A DNA stretch of 62,915 bases, the filler included, from Catajapyx aquilonaris (taxonomy: Eukaryota), in assembly GCA_000934665.2 (NCBI GenBank). It is 3 parts of 3 records of this genome, joined end to end, with 100 filler letters (N's around TTAATTAATTAA, not from the genome) between each part and the next. Parts side by side here need not be neighbours in the genome. Positions count along the whole stretch, not along the records: positions 43,580 to 62,915 come from JYFJ02006483.1; 2 more parts are not named here. One strand, given 5' to 3'. The notes beneath the pieces are model-generated. The model saw only the letters and a list, made by a program, of their open reading frames with translations, searched no databases and was not told the DNA's origin. Shown here piece after piece: positions 61,030-62,915 of this stretch. Positions within the stretch are counted from its first letter, which is position 1. Each line of letters starts with the position of its first letter. A program made the translations under genes and the position numbers.

Positions 61030-61256
61030 TCGAGAGGTCATAACTTTTCGTATCGTACCCGAATCGTAACCTTCGTATCGTGACCTTTCAGGTGACGAAC
61101 CTCGTGAACCATTCAGGTTCGTGAGGTATCATGTTGTGCAGCAGTTATTAACTGGTTTAAACTGGTTAATCTACATCTTATAAATCTCATATATCTAATT
61201 AATAATTAATAAATCTCATATAAATATAGGCAGAACTGGTTAATCTACATCTAATG

Positions 61257-62915
61257 GGGTGGTTCCATTTCAAATCAGGCGGAGGCTGTCAGGGCTTGGT
61301 CTCCGATTATGACGGAAAAATTACACGAAGTACCGCTGTCGAAATGATGACGAATGACACTGGCTATTTTTCAGTGTCATTTTTTTATTTGCCCTGAAAA
61401 AAATCATAACCGCAGGGGTACCAAATCTGCTATTTCGCGAAGTTAATTTTTTCTCAACTTTGGACGCGTGTACCACTTTTCCTATACGTTACAGAAAAAC
61501 CAAATTTGGAATGGGGCAACTGCCTACCTAGGTCTGAATTTTCGATATAAAATAATTGCGAATGTATAATTAGCAATCGCGCAAAAAATTGGCAAAAATG
61601 CTGTTTTACGACATTTAGCAGTTTTCGCGATTTTTTTTGCAAATAAAATATTTGTGGGCAAATGAAACATGTGGACTTTGAGTACAACTCATACCCTGTC
61701 TACTTATCAGCTTTGTTAAGCTTTGAAGTCAAAGGTTAACAGTGGACCCATTGTTGAACATTGTCAACTTCGCAAAACATGGTTTGGGAGAAGATAATTT
61801 TCTCAAAAACACCACGAGATAATTGAACGCCTATTTATTTCTGGGCAGAGGAACATCTGAGCCACACACCAGTGCAAACATTTCTCTCCCCCCGAGGCTT
61901 ATGATCCCGATTTGAATTTTATTACTTACTCGTTTCCGGCGCTCTCCATGGAGCCCACCGACCCAGTCCCACGACTCATAGCATCATGTACGGTACATTT
62001 GGTTAGAACTTTTCTCGTATGTGTAGGCTACATGTGATTGTATGATACCTTGAAACTTATATATGATACTGATTAATGCTATGTGAGGTCCGGTGAGGTC
62101 AAATCAGGCATAGAGGTATTGCAAAGTCTTACTCACATTTTTCCAGAAGTCACACCAAATGTTGCGCTGTTCTTTGCACAGTAACCTGGCCACGTTTCAC
62201 AGTGACCAACTCTGACCTGTTCCATCTCTGCCTCTGTCCATGACCGACGGAGGAATGTTGGAACCTGGAATGTGTTGAGTGTCCAGGAACTGAAGAACTA
62301 TATCTACAGAAAGCTTGTTCCTGACAGACTATGACGACGAAGAAGTGTCATTTGCAGTGTGGGAGCATAATGACCTAATCTAGAGAACATCATCAGTTGC
62401 TTCTTTTGTAGACAATGAACTTGTCCACTGGACTACGAAAGGAATAACCCACGAACATGTACGAACGATTCAGCGAGAGGCTGTGCAGAAGTTGAAGAGG
62501 CAGTGCCAAGATAGTGACTCGCACCTAGTGTTACATTTCGATTTTGCTGAAAATTGGGCTGTAATATTTCCCGACAAAATTCAGACCTACAACTGGGCGA
62601 AGACGCAGATCACTGTGTTCACCTGCGTGGCATACTTGGGTGACAACGTGATGAGAGTCGCTGTTGTCACTTGTCTGTGACGATACATTTGGTGTTACTT
62701 CTGGAAAAATGTGAGTAAGACTTTGCAATACCTCTATGCCTGATTTGACCTCACCGGACCTCACATAGCATTAATCAGTATCAGATATAAGATTCAAGGT
62801 ATCATACAATCACATGTAGCCTACATGTATCATCAGTGAATCAAGTATTGTCCCGCCATGCGGGTTACAGTCTGGCCAGGATAACTTTGACCTCGCTCGT
62901 TAACCATCGACTACG
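61257..62915 (+). mobile_element. Sola2-like DNA transposon remnant with a transposase fragment (about 62280-62680)
   Basis: GGGTGGTTCCA terminus and the peptide LHFDFAENWAVIFPDKIQTYNWAKTQITVFTCVAY, matching the DFxEN....EIQSxHW...QxT motif I associate with Sola2 transposases; contains stops. Confidence 0.6.

Overview
Repeat-rich animal genomic DNA, most likely from an arthropod, with five assembly gaps. Three protein-coding genes are supported, all on the + strand. (1) The terminal exon of VPS72/YL-1 (9599-9920), which the ORF track only partly shows; no upstream exons were found in the window. (2) An intronless divergent ionotropic receptor (IR/iGluR-like; 19569-21113) whose 5' end is lost in a gap. 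(3) A 21-exon transmembrane class III adenylyl cyclase (46167-57092, about 1140 aa by my manual splice model) that appears to need a GC-AG intron and carries Asp at the normally invariant Gly of the C2 DIWGNTVN motif. The remainder is a dense, often nested transposon landscape: tRNA-derived SINE families that share one 3' tail, Tc1/mariner, pogo, PIF/Harbinger, hAT and piggyBac MITEs, mariner fold-back derivatives, a decayed LINE, a Sola2-like remnant, and several unusual tandem arrays (60-bp array, B-box array, CRE-rich array upstream of the cyclase, hexamer-periodic CpG-rich tracts). I found no CRISPR, rRNA or intact tRNA gene and no clearly new multi-gene system. All coordinates were read by eye and TE boundaries may be off by a few bases.
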